Source: Candidatus Bathyarchaeota archaeon (GTDB lineage: Archaea; Thermoproteota; Bathyarchaeia; Bathyarchaeales; Bathyarchaeaceae). Taken from it: 64,000 bases of DNA. Numbering within the stretch: the stretch's first letter is position 1; every line of letters starts with the position of its first letter. This document shows positions 47,017 through 58,751 of the stretch, piece by piece. Below the pieces are notes generated by a model, which saw only the letters and a program-made list of their open reading frames with translations, searched no databases and had not been told where the DNA came from. The DNA lies in assembly GCA_963697165.1 (NCBI GenBank), contig CAVOMX010000014.1, positions 1 to 64,000 on the forward strand. The letters are read 5' to 3'. A program made the position numbers and the translations under genes.

Positions 47017-48499
47017 TTATACAGGTAAAAATGGTGTAACTGATGATAACAAATTGAGAACTAAATCAGGATATAGCCCAAGAATGACAATTATTACAAC
47101 CAAACAGTATATGGGCACCAGCAAGTTTCTCGGCTCTTTAATGTCCACGTCGTTCTTGGGATTTTTGGAATATAAGTAGTGTATCACTCTCAGGAAGTAG
47201 GCAGATTGGAGAACCGAGTTGAGGACACCTATCAATGCTAACCAAGCAACGCTCGACTGCAGAACGGAAGTGAAAACCATATACTTAGCAATAAAGCCTG
47301 CAAACAAGGGCACCCCAGAAAAAGACAATGCCGCACAAACAAACGCAAAACTTGTCAAAGGCATCTTTCGTCCCATACCAGACAAATCCTCAAATGTTGT
47401 CAAGCCCATTCTTCTGAATACGCCGATGACCATGAAGGCTAGAGAGGTTTCCATGGCTGCAACAAAGAAGAAGAACAGGTTGCCTGAAAGCCCAATAGAA
47501 GTGATGCTGGTAATCGCTATCAGATTGTAGCCGATGTCCGCAATACAGACGTATGCAATCATTCGCTTAACGTTTTGTTGTGCTAACGCAAACAGGTTTC
47601 CGACTGTCATGGTGAGCGCAGAGAATATTGCAACAGTAAATCTCCAATCGACAACTGCTGTGGGCGTCAGAATGAACAATAGAACTCTCAGCAGCACATA
47701 GTAGCTGCCTTGGTCTACGATAGCGGACAGGAAAGCTGAGGCAGAATCGGGGGCGGCAGTGTAAGCGTCGGGCATCCACATATGAAACGGAACAATAGCT
47801 GTTTCGATGGCATACCCTGCAATGATAAAAGCAAACGCTACCAACAGAAGCTGCGGATTCGCTGTTGTCAACAGAACTTCTTTGACAGTCCAGAAGTTAA
47901 GAGAACCAGTTAGACCGTACAATAATGATAGACCAAAAAGTATGAAACCAGAAGCTATGATAACCATGACCAAATATTTTAGGGCAGCCTCAAGTGATTC
48001 TCGGGATTTTTTGTAGGCTACAAGAAAACAGGAGCCTGCCGCTGTTGCCTCCCAAAAGATGAAAACAGTAAGCAAGTCGCCTGAAAAGGTAGCCGCTATT
48101 ACTGTGCCGGTTACGATAAGCAGGAGAGCATAGTATCTTTCGGACAGACTCTCATTTGGACTTACGTGCAGGACAGCATACAGGCATGCAATCGTGCCCA
48201 CCACCATATAGGCTATTACCATGTAAACTGAAACCGTGTCTACTAGAAACACTGTTGATAGTGGTGCCAAAATCGTGTCTGTGGAAGAGATTTGAAGAAA
48301 CGATTGCGATTGACCAAAGTATTCTGTTGCTATGCGGAAAACGCCCACTGCTGCTGCGGAAAAAGTGAGAAGTATCCAAGCTACCATGAAATGTTGAGGA
48401 TTAAGTTTGGTCTTTCTCACAAGTCGTAGGAAGTGGAACGGTGAGTAGAGAACAAACCGTGAAGACTATTGTAGGTAAAAGAACGTCAATTATATTCAT
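47017..48499 (-). CDS. NuoN-like antiporter subunit
   Basis: IFWE, EAALKY, PFHMWMPDAY, KRMIAY, P.FAGF..K. Confidence 0.88.
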
Positions 48500-48514
48500 T
48501 AGTTGTAAGCCTCG

Positions 48515-49985
48515 TCATATTGATGTAACAGCATGAATCAGGTCTATGAAAATCCCAGGATAAATTCCCAATATCACAACAAAAGCTGCCAGAGCAATCA
48601 TTGCAACAATCATGTATATGGGGGGGTCTTTAATGTCATCTCTCTGGACTTTAGGAGATTCTAAGAAGACTTTCCAGAAGTACCTTAGGACATATGCTAG
48701 ACTGAAAACGGTTGCAATAAGCATCAAAACAGTAGGCAAATAATATGAACCGTCTGCGCCAGCCGCAGTAACAGCCCCAACAAAAATGTGGAACTCGCTT
48801 ATGAAGCAGGCAAATGGGGGAATGCCGCCTATGCTGAATGCTGCAATAGCAGTGGCTATCGCGGTTAGGGGCATCTTTGACGCTAAACCTCCCATGTCTT
48901 TGATGTTTCTTACGCCAGTCTGGTGCATAACTGCGCCAGCAGTCAAGAAGAGAAGCCCCTTGCTTGCTGCGTGATTAACTAAATGGAGTACACCGCCAGT
49001 GATTCCCTCGGCAAAAGGAAAGAGGGACAACGCAAACAGGACGTATCCCATGTGGCTTATGCTAGAATATGCGATTATTCGTTTGATGTCAGTTTCTGCC
49101 AACGCAAGGAAAGACCCATAAAAGGCTGATAATACTCCAAAAAAGCTTAACACTAGCAAGAATTCGTTCCCAGTGGGCATCATCGCAGAATATACGGTTC
49201 CAAGAGCTATCCTCAAAACAGCGTATCCTCCTGCCCCAATTATTACTCCACTGAGGAGTGCAGACATGGGTGCGGGTGCTTCACCGTGCGCGTCTGGAAG
49301 CCACATGTGAAGGGGAACAATAGCCATCTTCACAGCGAATCCTGCAGTGAAGGATATCAGCACCCAATTCAGGATACCAGGGTCTACATTGGCCAGAAGG
49401 ACTTGGGCTTCGAATATGTCAAGGGTGCCAGTAAGCATGTATATAGCGCCGATGCCTAAGAGAACAAAGATTGCTCCGGCATGGGTGAAGATGAAGAATT
49501 TGAAGGCGGTTTTGAAGGAGTCTCTGTATCCCCATCCACCTATGATGAAGTATGTTGGAACAAGCATGAGTTCCCAACAGAAATAGAAGAGCAGCAGATT
49601 GGATGTGATGAAAACTCCAACCAGTCCTATTGTGAGTAAACTCATTAATGCGTAGTATGCTGGAAGCGATTTTTTTTCTTCCATATAGTTTATGGAATAG
49701 ACCGTTGATGCTGCAACAAGTATTAGCGTAACAATAGCCAATGACAGGCTTATTCCGTCAACGAAAAGTGTGAAAGCGGAACCTAATGTCGGTATCCAAT
49801 AATATGATTCTATGTATTGTCCTTCATTAAGAACTGTGGGTATCAAGCGTCAGAAGAAGAGACAAACTGACTATAGAGAGTAAGGTGAGAATCAAGGCGG
49901 CGGTTTTCGCAGATTTTTTGCCAACACCATACACTATTGGAATAGCCAGAGCGGGCAACATCAGAGCAATTAATAATGTTTGCAT
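48515..49985 (-). CDS. NuoM-like antiporter subunit
   Basis: FCWELMLVP, AFKFF, PLHMWLPDAHGEAP, KRIIAYSSISHMG. Confidence 0.9.
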
Positions 49986-49992
49986 TTTTGTT

Positions 49993-52090
49993 TTACCTCA
50001 AAGCAGTTAATAATAGCAAAATAATGATTAGGAAGAAGCCGAGCATGGCTGCCAAAACAAAGTCAGGTAGTGGTCCACGGTGCATCTTCTTGATTTTCTG
50101 TCCGTGCTCAACCGTTTTTCCTGCAAACAGATAGACCAGATTATCCAAGAATGAATCAATATATTCATGGGTTACCCGCGCAGTCTCCACTGGTTCCACC
50201 CGCCAAAATATAGCTTAAGCGGTCTAGGAAAGATTCAAGGTGCACATGTGTGTTGTGAGCAGTAATCACGGCTCCACCAGCTATGATATAAACGAACCTG
50301 TCAAGAAATGATTCTATGTAATCGTGAGTACCATGGGCAATCCTCAAAGCCCCGCCTGCAACAAGATAAGGAAATTGTTGCAACCCAGACATTTCAATGA
50401 TACTGTATGTAACCTGCGCCAAACCCATGACTCCATTCAATAGTTTATTGTAAACGGCATCGAAGTAATAGCCGTTGGATATTAAAAGATAAAGCGGTTT
50501 GTTTAAAAAACTTCTTGCAGAAACCATGGCAGTATCTCTCTTCTTGTAGTAAAGATAGTAGGCTGTAGATAAGCCAACAGCGAGGATTATAGCTGATGTT
50601 AAACTCGCCAAAATGACGCCATTGAATGAAGCTTCAAAGGGTATCGCAAGGTAATGCTCTAAGGGAGTCTTGAAGAAACCTGCGATACAGGAGGCAGCGG
50701 CTAACAGGACAAGGGGTACAGTTATTGTTGGTTTAGGATCATGCAATTGATGGTGCTCAAGATGCTCTGATTTCTTTCCGAGGAAAACCAGAGATATCCA
50801 TCTAATACTGTAGATGGCTGTTAACACAGATGTTCCGAAAATCAAAATGAAAAGTGGAATGTTATTAGCTAAGATTATGGCTTCGAATATAGTGTCTTTG
50901 CTCCAGAAACCGCTGAAAGGCGGAATACCGGCAAGCGAAAACGCGCCGATAACACTCACTATGAAGGTTATAGGCATCTCTTTTCTTATGCCTCCAAGCT
51001 GTTTCAGATCAAGAGTGTGAGTAATATGCATTACAACTCCAGCACAAAGGAACAAAAGCGACTTGAAGAGGGCGTGGCTGAGTACGTGGAATTGACTAGC
51101 GAACCAGCCTAGTTCAGTTCCTATGCCTAGGGCGGCCATTATCATGCCCAACTGGCTTATTGTAGAAAATGCTAGAACCCGTTTCAGGTCTGAGCTGGTC
51201 AATGCCATGGTTGCTGCAAGGAAAGCCGTGATTCCTCCGATGTATGTAATTGTGGTTAACCATGGCTGCACCAAAGAGAAGAGAATGTAGATTCTTGCCA
51301 CAAGATAGATTCCCGCTTTAACCATTGTTGCACCATGGATGAGGGCACTAGTCGGTGTTGGTCCTTCCATGGCGTTCGGAAGCCAAACATGTAATGGAAA
51401 TTGGGCAGATTTGCCTATAGCCCCAATCAACATCAAAACGGACACTGCTAACATTGGAACTGAAACTTGCCCAGCTGCTATAAGATCGCGGATTTCAAGA
51501 AAGTCGAATGTTCCAGTGTTCACGTATAGAAGCAGTATTCCGAGTAGTAGAAAAATGTCTCCGATTCTTGTTACGATGAAGGCTTTCATGCCTGCCTTGG
51601 CTGATTCAGGTCTAGTGTACCAGAATCCGATGAGGGCATATGAGCATAATCCAACGGTTTCCCAGAACATGTACATCTGTAGAAGATTGTTTGCCATAAC
51701 TAAGCCAATCATTCCACCGACGAAAAGAAGCATGAAGAAAAAGAATCTGGGAGTTCCTTTTTCTTTTTCCATATAGTTAACGGAGTAAATCATGATTAGC
51801 AGTCCAACACAGGCTGCAATGTTTGCCATCATGATGCTTAACGGGTCGATGAGGACGCTAAGGTTGATTTTCATGGATTGCATCCAAGGCATAGAATACA
51901 GTTGCGCTTCGCCATGAGCGTTGATTACGCTGGGAATAAGCGAGACAGTGTTAACAGCAGAAACAAGAGTGACTAAAACTGCGTACCAGCCAACGCTTCT
52001 ACGCCGAAACTTGGCTACCAAAGGTATAAACAATGATCCGACAAATGGAATTGCCCAACATAGCCAGGCTGCGTACTCGGCTGGAATCAG
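49993..52090 (-). CDS. NuoL-like antiporter subunit with repeat-extended C-terminus
   Basis: WETVGLCSYALIGFW, GKSAQFPLHVWLPNAMEGPTP, HALFK, GFWSKD. Confidence 0.92.
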
Positions 52091-52094
52091 AATG

Positions 52095-52424
52095 CTAGTT
52101 TTCCTCCACCATTTGGTTTTCTTGTTCAGATGGCTGTTCTTTTATTTCCGACAGTTCTCTGACATCACGGATATTTAGTTTTTTGTAGATAGAAATAGCA
52201 AGTGTAAGAGCAACAGCCGTTACACAGGCGTCAACAGATAAGGCAAGAATCGAGAAAGTTTGACCTAAAGGATCCCCCATTAATGAGCCAAAAACAACAA
52301 AATTCATTGTTGCTGCCGCAGTAAGCATTTCTATTGCGATCAGCATTTTTATCAAGTCATGCTTTGTAACCAAGCCGACTATTCCAATCGCTAGAATTGT
52401 AACAGCCAGTATTATGTAATCCAC
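52095..52424 (-). CDS. NuoK-like subunit
   Basis: LIKMLIAIEML, GQTF. Confidence 0.85.
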   Translation of the reverse strand: MDYIILAVTILAIGIVGLVTKHDLIKMLIAIEMLTAAATMNFVVFGSLMGDPLGQTFSILALSVDACVTAVALTLAISIYKKLNIRDVRELSEIKEQPSEQENQMVEEN

Positions 52425-52425
52425 T

Positions 52426-52905
52426 TTAGTTTCTCCTCCGTTCCTCCTTCAAAAGGAGCACTACGCCAAGCGCAGCCGTCAAAACGACTAAACCTTGAGC
52501 AAGAACATCAATCGCCCTCAAGTCCCATAATGCACTTGATAGTGACAAATCCAATGAGCTAGTAAAAGTTTGGGTTGCCACAGTTCCAACAACTACTGGA
52601 ACAGAAAGAATTGCAGAAACAATTAAACCCATGAATATCGTTTTGGTGGATGTTTTCGTGTCGCTTTTCTTGGTTAACGAATCACCAGCAAGAAGAAAAA
52701 TCGCTGCAGTTCCAGTGCCTAACGCCAACTGGAAGATTGCAGCGAAAGGCGCATTTAAGCTAAAGTAGAGCAATGAAAGCAATATCATCATTGTGCTTAG
52801 AGACAAAACCGAAGACACGGTTTCCTTCAAGTATATCGCAAAAACCGCAGAGGTCACCATACCAATAGCCAGAACTGTTTCAAGCCACATACTATTTTCC
52901 CTCAT
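52426..52905 (-). CDS. NuoJ-like subunit
   Basis: LNAPFAAIFQ, LWDLRAIDV. Confidence 0.8.
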   Translation of the reverse strand: MRENSMWLETVLAIGMVTSAVFAIYLKETVSSVLSLSTMMILLSLLYFSLNAPFAAIFQLALGTGTAAIFLLAGDSLTKKSDTKTSTKTIFMGLIVSAILSVPVVVGTVATQTFTSSLDLSLSSALWDLRAIDVLAQGLVVLTAALGVVLLLKEERRRN

Positions 52906-53287
52906 CTGTAGTAGATTTTTGTTTAATAATAAATTCCTCTGGATTTATCAGCATCTCTTCCTTTTCTGTTGTTGACATCTCAAAATTTGTGGATAGCTTT
53001 ATTGCCTCTCTTGGGCAGCTTTCCGCGCATTGATAACAAAATACGCAGCGGTCAAGGTAAAACTTTGGCATCCGTTTCCCAGAAACTTCCACAAGTTCTA
53101 TAGCATTAGCGGGACAGTCCCGCTCGCATAAGCCGCAGCTGATGCACTTTTCAGGATAGAAAACGTGCCTGCCTCGGTAGCCTTCAGGAGCTTCTACCTT
53201 TACAGCGGGATACTCACGAGTGAAGGACTTCTTGAAGATACATGAGCCCATGTCTTTTATCAGTGATGGTAATCGTAGTTTAGTCAC
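52892..53287 (-). CDS. NuoI-like 2[4Fe-4S] subunit
   Basis: TREYP, YRG, two ferredoxin motifs. Confidence 0.92.
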   Translation of the reverse strand: MTKLRLPSLIKDMGSCIFKKSFTREYPAVKVEAPEGYRGRHVFYPEKCISCGLCERDCPANAIELVEVSGKRMPKFYLDRCVFCYQCAESCPREAIKLSTNFEMSTTEKEEMLINPEEFIIKQKSTTDEGK

Positions 53288-53298
53288 ACTTTTTCCTC

Positions 53299-54291
53299 CT
53301 AACCAATCACCGACCGCAACAACGGTTCAATAATTATTGTAATAGCAAGAGATAAAATAGACAAGGGAATCATAAATTTCCAGTTGCCATGAACAACCTG
53401 ATCTATCCGTAATCTGGCAGACACATTACCGACATACTCTAGAACAAACACTACTCCAAGTGTTTTAACCATGAACCAGAAAGCATACCAGAGTTCAGGT
53501 GGTCCAATCAGCACGGGTCCATGAGCTCCACCTAAGAACAACATAGTTACAAGAGATGCACCAACCAGGAACTGAAAATCTTCTGCAAGTTTTATAAAAG
53601 CCAATTTTCTTCCACTGAACTCCGTTTCGTAACCTCCCACAATTTCGGTTTCTGCATGAGGAATATCGAAAGGATCCTTCTCTAACTCAGCCTGTAAGAC
53701 AATAATAAACAAGAAACAAGACCAAGGAATCAGAAGAGCAAAAGGAATAGATTGGCTCGCCGTAATATTCACAATGGACAAGCTTTTTGCAAGAAAAGCG
53801 GGACCAATCGCGAGAAGAATAAGAGGTATGTCGTATCCGAGAAACTGGGTCAGAACTCTGGTTGCGCCAATCCCGCTGTACGGATTCAAAGAAGCCCAAC
53901 CGGCAAGGAATATAGCAAAGTTTGCGAGAGATACAATAAGCAAAACTAGAAGCAAATCTCCCTCGAAACTCGAATTCAAAATCACATTTGAACCATCGAT
54001 CGGGATATAGAAAAGACCAAAAACATAGAGTGAAAACGCAAGAATTGGAGCTGCCACAAATAGCAGTTTGTTGGTATTCTTTGGAGTAATATCTTCATTC
54101 GAGAACAGTTTTATGTAATCGGCAATGGGTTGAAGAATACCAAATGGACCGGCATAAGAGGGACCCATACGGTTCTGAAACCGAGCTGCAACCTTTCTTT
54201 CAAACCAGTCAAAAAATAGAACTAGCACCAAGAGAAAGATGAAACCCGGAAACACCAGTGCCCTTACAATAAAAAGGAGATCAATAGCCAT
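53299..54291 (-). CDS. NuoH-like subunit
   Basis: ERKVAARFQNRMGP, QPIAD, PFDIPHAETEIVGG. Confidence 0.93.
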   Translation of the reverse strand: MAIDLLFIVRALVFPGFIFLLVLVLFFDWFERKVAARFQNRMGPSYAGPFGILQPIADYIKLFSNEDITPKNTNKLLFVAAPILAFSLYVFGLFYIPIDGSNVILNSSFEGDLLLVLLIVSLANFAIFLAGWASLNPYSGIGATRVLTQFLGYDIPLILLAIGPAFLAKSLSIVNITASQSIPFALLIPWSCFLFIIVLQAELEKDPFDIPHAETEIVGGYETEFSGRKLAFIKLAEDFQFLVGASLVTMLFLGGAHGPVLIGPPELWYAFWFMVKTLGVVFVLEYVGNVSARLRIDQVVHGNWKFMIPLSILSLAITIIIEPLLRSVIG

Positions 54292-55965
54292 CTAGATCAA
54301 CGCCTTCCGGTTTATAGAATTGTTTACGTCGTCAAGGCTCCAATGCCATTTCTGACCATTTTTGGTATCAATGAATGCCATACGGTCAGTGCAAGAAAAG
54401 CATGGGTCTAAGCTTCCCATCACAGAGGGAATATCAGCGATGTGGGCACCCCTAATTGCATCTGGAAATGCCATAAGGTTAGCTAAGGTTGGAGCTCTGA
54501 CCTTAACTCTGTAAGGATAGGCGGTTCCATCACTTTTAACATAATGGATAAGCTCGCCTCTCGGAGCCTCAACACGGCTAACAGCCTCACCTTCAGGTAT
54601 TTTTCGTTGAACCCTAACCCGCAAACGACCCCCTGGAATGTGACGAAGCGCATATTCTAGTATATCCAAGCTTTCCAGTACTTCTTCAGCTCGAACCATC
54701 AGCCGAGCCCATGTGTCACACTCCTTATAGCTCACTACATTGAAAGGAATTTCCCCATACGCCGCGTAAGGGTCATCTTTTCTGACATCAACAGCAATTC
54801 CTGACCCACGTGCAACAGGACCAACAACACATAATTTCAAAGCATCTGCTCTGTTCAATACGCCGACCCCTTCGGTTCTCATCCTCAATGTCGGGTCTTC
54901 ATCGAATACCTTCTTGTAGAAAGTCGCCCGTTTCCTGACATCTTTGACTGTCTTCAGAGTCTTCTCAATTGTACTTGGGTCTATATCTCGTCTTACTCCG
55001 CCGATTGTGTTGAACCCGCACATCAGTCGGTTTCCCGTGATTCGTTCGATTATATCCATTACAGGTTCTCTGTCACGCCACACATGCTGGAATAGTGCTT
55101 CAAAACCAAGCAGGTGACCGCCAACTCCAAGCAATAGGAGGTGACTATGAACTCTGTTTAGCTCATGTATAATAGTACGTAAGTATAATGCACGAGGCGG
55201 AGTCTCAATGTTTCCGATGTCCTCAACAGCTTGACAGAAGACAGTTGTGTGAGCAGCATTACAGATACCACAAATTCTCTCCACCAAAAACACGTCTTGG
55301 AAGTACATCATGCGCTCAGCCGCTTTCTCAATACCCCTATGAACATATCCAAGACGCGGCTCAACATCCACAACCGTTTCCCCATCAACTTTGAAGTTGA
55401 ATCTTTCTGGCTCATGCAAAACTGGATGCTGAGGCCCTACAACGACGTTAATTATCGACCCAGAATCATCTTCCGCTGATTCAGTCTGCGAAGCTTTCTC
55501 AGAACTGAAAGCAATTTCTTGGTTAACCGGAGGCTTCCAATCTTTTCTAAGAGGATAATTTCCTTGAGGCCAATTCTCAGGAAGCAACAACCTTTCCAGA
55601 TTTGGATGACCCTCAAAAGCGACTCCTAAGAGGTCAAAGACTTCCCGCTCATACAAATTTGCTCCGGGCAGGATGTCAGTAATCGTTTGGGTAACAGGGT
55701 TTTCTCGAGAAACACGGTTCTTGAGGGTTATGGTTCCCGCACAAGCCATGTGATAGTTTAACTCGATCTCGTTTCCTAAATCAACGCCACTTATTGTCGA
55801 AAGCTCCACGTCCTCAACTTGTGTTAGGAGCAACGAGATTGCATCTCTGTGACGTTCAGGTTTAAGAAGAATGTAGGCTTTCCTTGGCCTAGGGACTCTA
55901 CACTCGAGAATCGAATCAGCCAAATTATTCTTGAGAACTTCTACAGCATTTTCGAACGTGTTCAT
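54292..55965 (-). CDS. Group 4 [NiFe]-hydrogenase large subunit, NuoC-D fusion
   Basis: YEREVFD (NuoC), GPQHP, HRGIEK, L1 RICGIC, L2 DPCFSCTDR plus C-terminal extension. Confidence 0.93.
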   Translation of the reverse strand: MNTFENAVEVLKNNLADSILECRVPRPRKAYILLKPERHRDAISLLLTQVEDVELSTISGVDLGNEIELNYHMACAGTITLKNRVSRENPVTQTITDILPGANLYEREVFDLLGVAFEGHPNLERLLLPENWPQGNYPLRKDWKPPVNQEIAFSSEKASQTESAEDDSGSIINVVVGPQHPVLHEPERFNFKVDGETVVDVEPRLGYVHRGIEKAAERMMYFQDVFLVERICGICNAAHTTVFCQAVEDIGNIETPPRALYLRTIIHELNRVHSHLLLLGVGGHLLGFEALFQHVWRDREPVMDIIERITGNRLMCGFNTIGGVRRDIDPSTIEKTLKTVKDVRKRATFYKKVFDEDPTLRMRTEGVGVLNRADALKLCVVGPVARGSGIAVDVRKDDPYAAYGEIPFNVVSYKECDTWARLMVRAEEVLESLDILEYALRHIPGGRLRVRVQRKIPEGEAVSRVEAPRGELIHYVKSDGTAYPYRVKVRAPTLANLMAFPDAIRGAHIADIPSVMGSLDPCFSCTDRMAFIDTKNGQKWHWSLDDVNNSINRKALI

Positions 55966-55971
55966 AGTTTG

Positions 55972-56385
55972 CTATCCCTTCAATTTTCCAAGTAATTTCG
56001 CGACACCCTGCACTATTGCTTCGGGTTTTGGAGGACACCCCGGAATATAAACATCAACAGGAATTATCTCATCGAGACGCTTACTCACACCGTAACATCC
56101 TTGAAATATTCCTCCGGAACAGGCGCAGGCTCCTATTGCTAGAACAAATTTTGGTGAGGGCATTTGCTGATAAATCATCTCGAGTCGTGGTGCACACTGC
56201 TTAGTAACAACTCCGGTTACCACAAGAACGTCTGCATGACGAGGTGAGGGCTCAAGTTTCACACCGAAACGTTCAACATCGTATCTGGGCGTCAGCAGCG
56301 CAACAACTTCAATATCGCATCCATTGCATGCTCCGGTATTGAAGTGAAGCAGCCATGGCGAGTTTATTCTAGCCCATTTCACCAA
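55972..56385 (-). CDS. Hydrogenase small subunit (NuoB-like)
   Basis: GACNGCDIE, SPRHAD, GACA, PGCPP. Confidence 0.93.
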   Translation of the reverse strand: MVKWARINSPWLLHFNTGACNGCDIEVVALLTPRYDVERFGVKLEPSPRHADVLVVTGVVTKQCAPRLEMIYQQMPSPKFVLAIGACACSGGIFQGCYGVSKRLDEIIPVDVYIPGCPPKPEAIVQGVAKLLGKLKG

Positions 56386-56402
56386 GCCTAAGTCTGGCGT
56401 CT

Positions 56403-56726
56403 TTAGTAGCCTCCCATAAGCAGTAGGTCTGCTGCTAAAATTATACCCAAATAAATTAACAAAGAGAAGGGGTTGATAATCTCTAGAGCTAAGGCTGCAA
56501 AAGCCAATATCAACGCAGGGGAGTCTATTATAACAAAGAATATGAGGTACTTATAGAGAGTAACATTAACCAACAGCCTTTTTGAGAACACTTTTTCTCC
56601 ACATGCATACATTGCGCTTTTTTCTTCGTTAGCAGGAGATTTTTTTGTTAACAAGCCGCTGGACAAGTAAATCAATGAAGCAATGAACAAGATAATTAGA
56701 AAAGCAACAAGAGACTCTACAAGCAA
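56403..56726 (-). CDS. NuoA-like subunit
   Basis: K..MYACGE loop, 3 TM segments. Confidence 0.78.
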   Translation of the reverse strand: MLVESLVAFLIILFIASLIYLSSGLLTKKSPANEEKSAMYACGEKVFSKRLLVNVTLYKYLIFFVIIDSPALILAFAALALEIINPFSLLIYLGIILAADLLLMGGY

Positions 56727-57248
56727 AACTTATTCTCACCCATTCAGAAAGACTGTAATGTATATTCAGCATCTATCACTGGAATCATGTTTACTACGTT
56801 TATAGCATTTATCGGTCTTCGTGCCTCAAAATGTTGTTTCGATTTCAGTTGGGACAAACAGCAAGCTAACAAGACAGCTAAAACCGACGAGTTGGTAAAT
56901 GTGAAAAGCATTAGTTTTGTATGCGTTTCTGAATACCTCCGCCTTTGAGACGGGAAGTAAAAACTTAGGATTTAAGGATTCCGTATAATAAAATAGAACT
57001 AAAATAAAAAATTATATTCAATTAAATATAATTAAGTTCATTTGTTGCATATAAGCTTTTTTTGCGTACACATGAACATCCACTAGGAAATCCTGAAGAA
57101 CCAAAATCAGAAAAGCACATAGACTAACACCGAACAAAACCACACAAAATAATAAAAGAAGGGGGTAACAAAAAAATTCAAAAAATCAAGTTGGTTCAGC
57201 GTTTTATCTCTTCTAGAATGTTATTTTCCGAGCACTAGCCCGTAGTGG

Positions 57249-58037
57249 CTAATTTGAAAGAGATTCAATCACACCTTTCATTGCTTTGGTGTTGTGCATA
57301 AACTCTAATTTGATTGGCGTAACAGATACACAATTACCATTCTTGATGGCATGTAAATCCGTTCCTGGTTCTCCGTCGGGATAGTGTCTTAACGCCCAGC
57401 TTTTGATTCTGTATCCATTCTTTACTTTTGTGTGTATGTCGCCGTAACCATCATAACACAAACTTGTAAGTTTTACATTCTTGCAGTCAGCGTTTTCTGG
57501 CACATTTATCGAGATAATGTCCACGTCCGGCGGCATCCCCTCTTCTATCACATGTTTAGCGGCTTTATAGCCCAAAGAGGCAGCTAGTTCCAAGTCCGTC
57601 ACCGATACTTTATTTTTCTCAGGGGATTTATCGGTGATTTCGGATATACAATAAGAAACGGCGATGGCGGGTATGTTGTGAATAGCGGCTTCAAAGGCGG
57701 CTCCGACAGTGCCTGAAGTCAGCACGTCATCTATTCCAAGGTTTGGACCTATGTTTATTCCGGACACAAGCAAGTCCGGCATCCTTTTCATGATTTTGTT
57801 CACTGCTAATAGAAAAGAGTCGGCTGGTGTACCTGTTATTGCGTAAGCTTTTGTTCCGTCTCCAAAACTAGCCTCTGATATTTTCACTTGACCGATACTG
57901 ATGGCTTTTCCGACACCGCTCCTTTCGTCTCCTGGAGTAACAACTATCACATCTCCCAGTTTTTTTAGTTGTTTTACGAGAATGGATAAGCCAATAGAGT
58001 TGATTCCGTCGTCGTTGATTACTAGGATTGTCGGCAA
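57249..58037 (-). CDS. surE: 5'/3'-nucleotidase SurE
   Basis: ILVINDDG, GTPAD, SGINIGPNLG, SGTVGAAFEA. Confidence 0.95.
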   Translation of the reverse strand: MPTILVINDDGINSIGLSILVKQLKKLGDVIVVTPGDERSGVGKAISIGQVKISEASFGDGTKAYAITGTPADSFLLAVNKIMKRMPDLLVSGINIGPNLGIDDVLTSGTVGAAFEAAIHNIPAIAVSYCISEITDKSPEKNKVSVTDLELAASLGYKAAKHVIEEGMPPDVDIISINVPENADCKNVKLTSLCYDGYGDIHTKVKNGYRIKSWALRHYPDGEPGTDLHAIKNGNCVSVTPIKLEFMHNTKAMKGVIESLSN

Positions 58038-58253
58038 AGTGATTCCTCAGTTTGCTTTAGATACGATGTTCCGTTATTTTAGGGTATTCTTGCGTCCAGG
58101 AGAGTTTTCTTTTTATTGTGTAATTGTTTTTGTCGTGATTGGCATTCTAGTGTATATGTTGTCCAGTGGACATATATCGGTTTTTGTTACATATTATCGA
58201 ATGAAATAGTGTATATTAAGTAATAAGATATAGATATGTAGTAGGGTAGAACA

Positions 58254-58751
58254 ATGGAACAATTGAACAGAAGAACAACAGTAACAAAACCAACACCCAT
58301 ATTCACAACTAACTGGTACCTATACAAAACACACTTACACCCAATCTCCGCAAAACCACAAGAACAAAAAACTGGAACAAAAACCAACAGTTACAGGACA
58401 AAAAGAAAAAATAATGAAGATCAAAAAAACAACATTCATCAAAAAACAACTAATTTTGAAGAACTTTTGCTAAAAGCAATAGATGAAGGACTCTCTGTAA
58501 TCGGAGAATCAGCAAAAAAAATAGTCTACATCTATTTAGAAAAAAATTTCAAAATGAACAGACTAGACATACCACACAGAATTGACGAATTCACCAGAGC
58601 TATCGAAAGTATCTTTGGAAACGGAGCGAAAATACTTGAGATACAAATAATGAAAAGTCTCTTCAACAAAGTGGGTCACACAGTCAAACAGTATTCGGGA
58701 CAAAAGAACCTAACATTTATCGAATACATAGCAGCGATCAAATTGGAATAA
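58254..58751 (+). CDS. DUF3227-like small helical protein (start uncertain)
   Basis: LLLKAIDEGLSVIGES...IESIFGNGAKILEIQIMKSL. Confidence 0.65.
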   Translation: MEQLNRRTTVTKPTPIFTTNWYLYKTHLHPISAKPQEQKTGTKTNSYRTKRKNNEDQKNNIHQKTTNFEELLLKAIDEGLSVIGESAKKIVYIYLEKNFKMNRLDIPHRIDEFTRAIESIFGNGAKILEIQIMKSLFNKVGHTVKQYSGQKNLTFIEYIAAIKLE

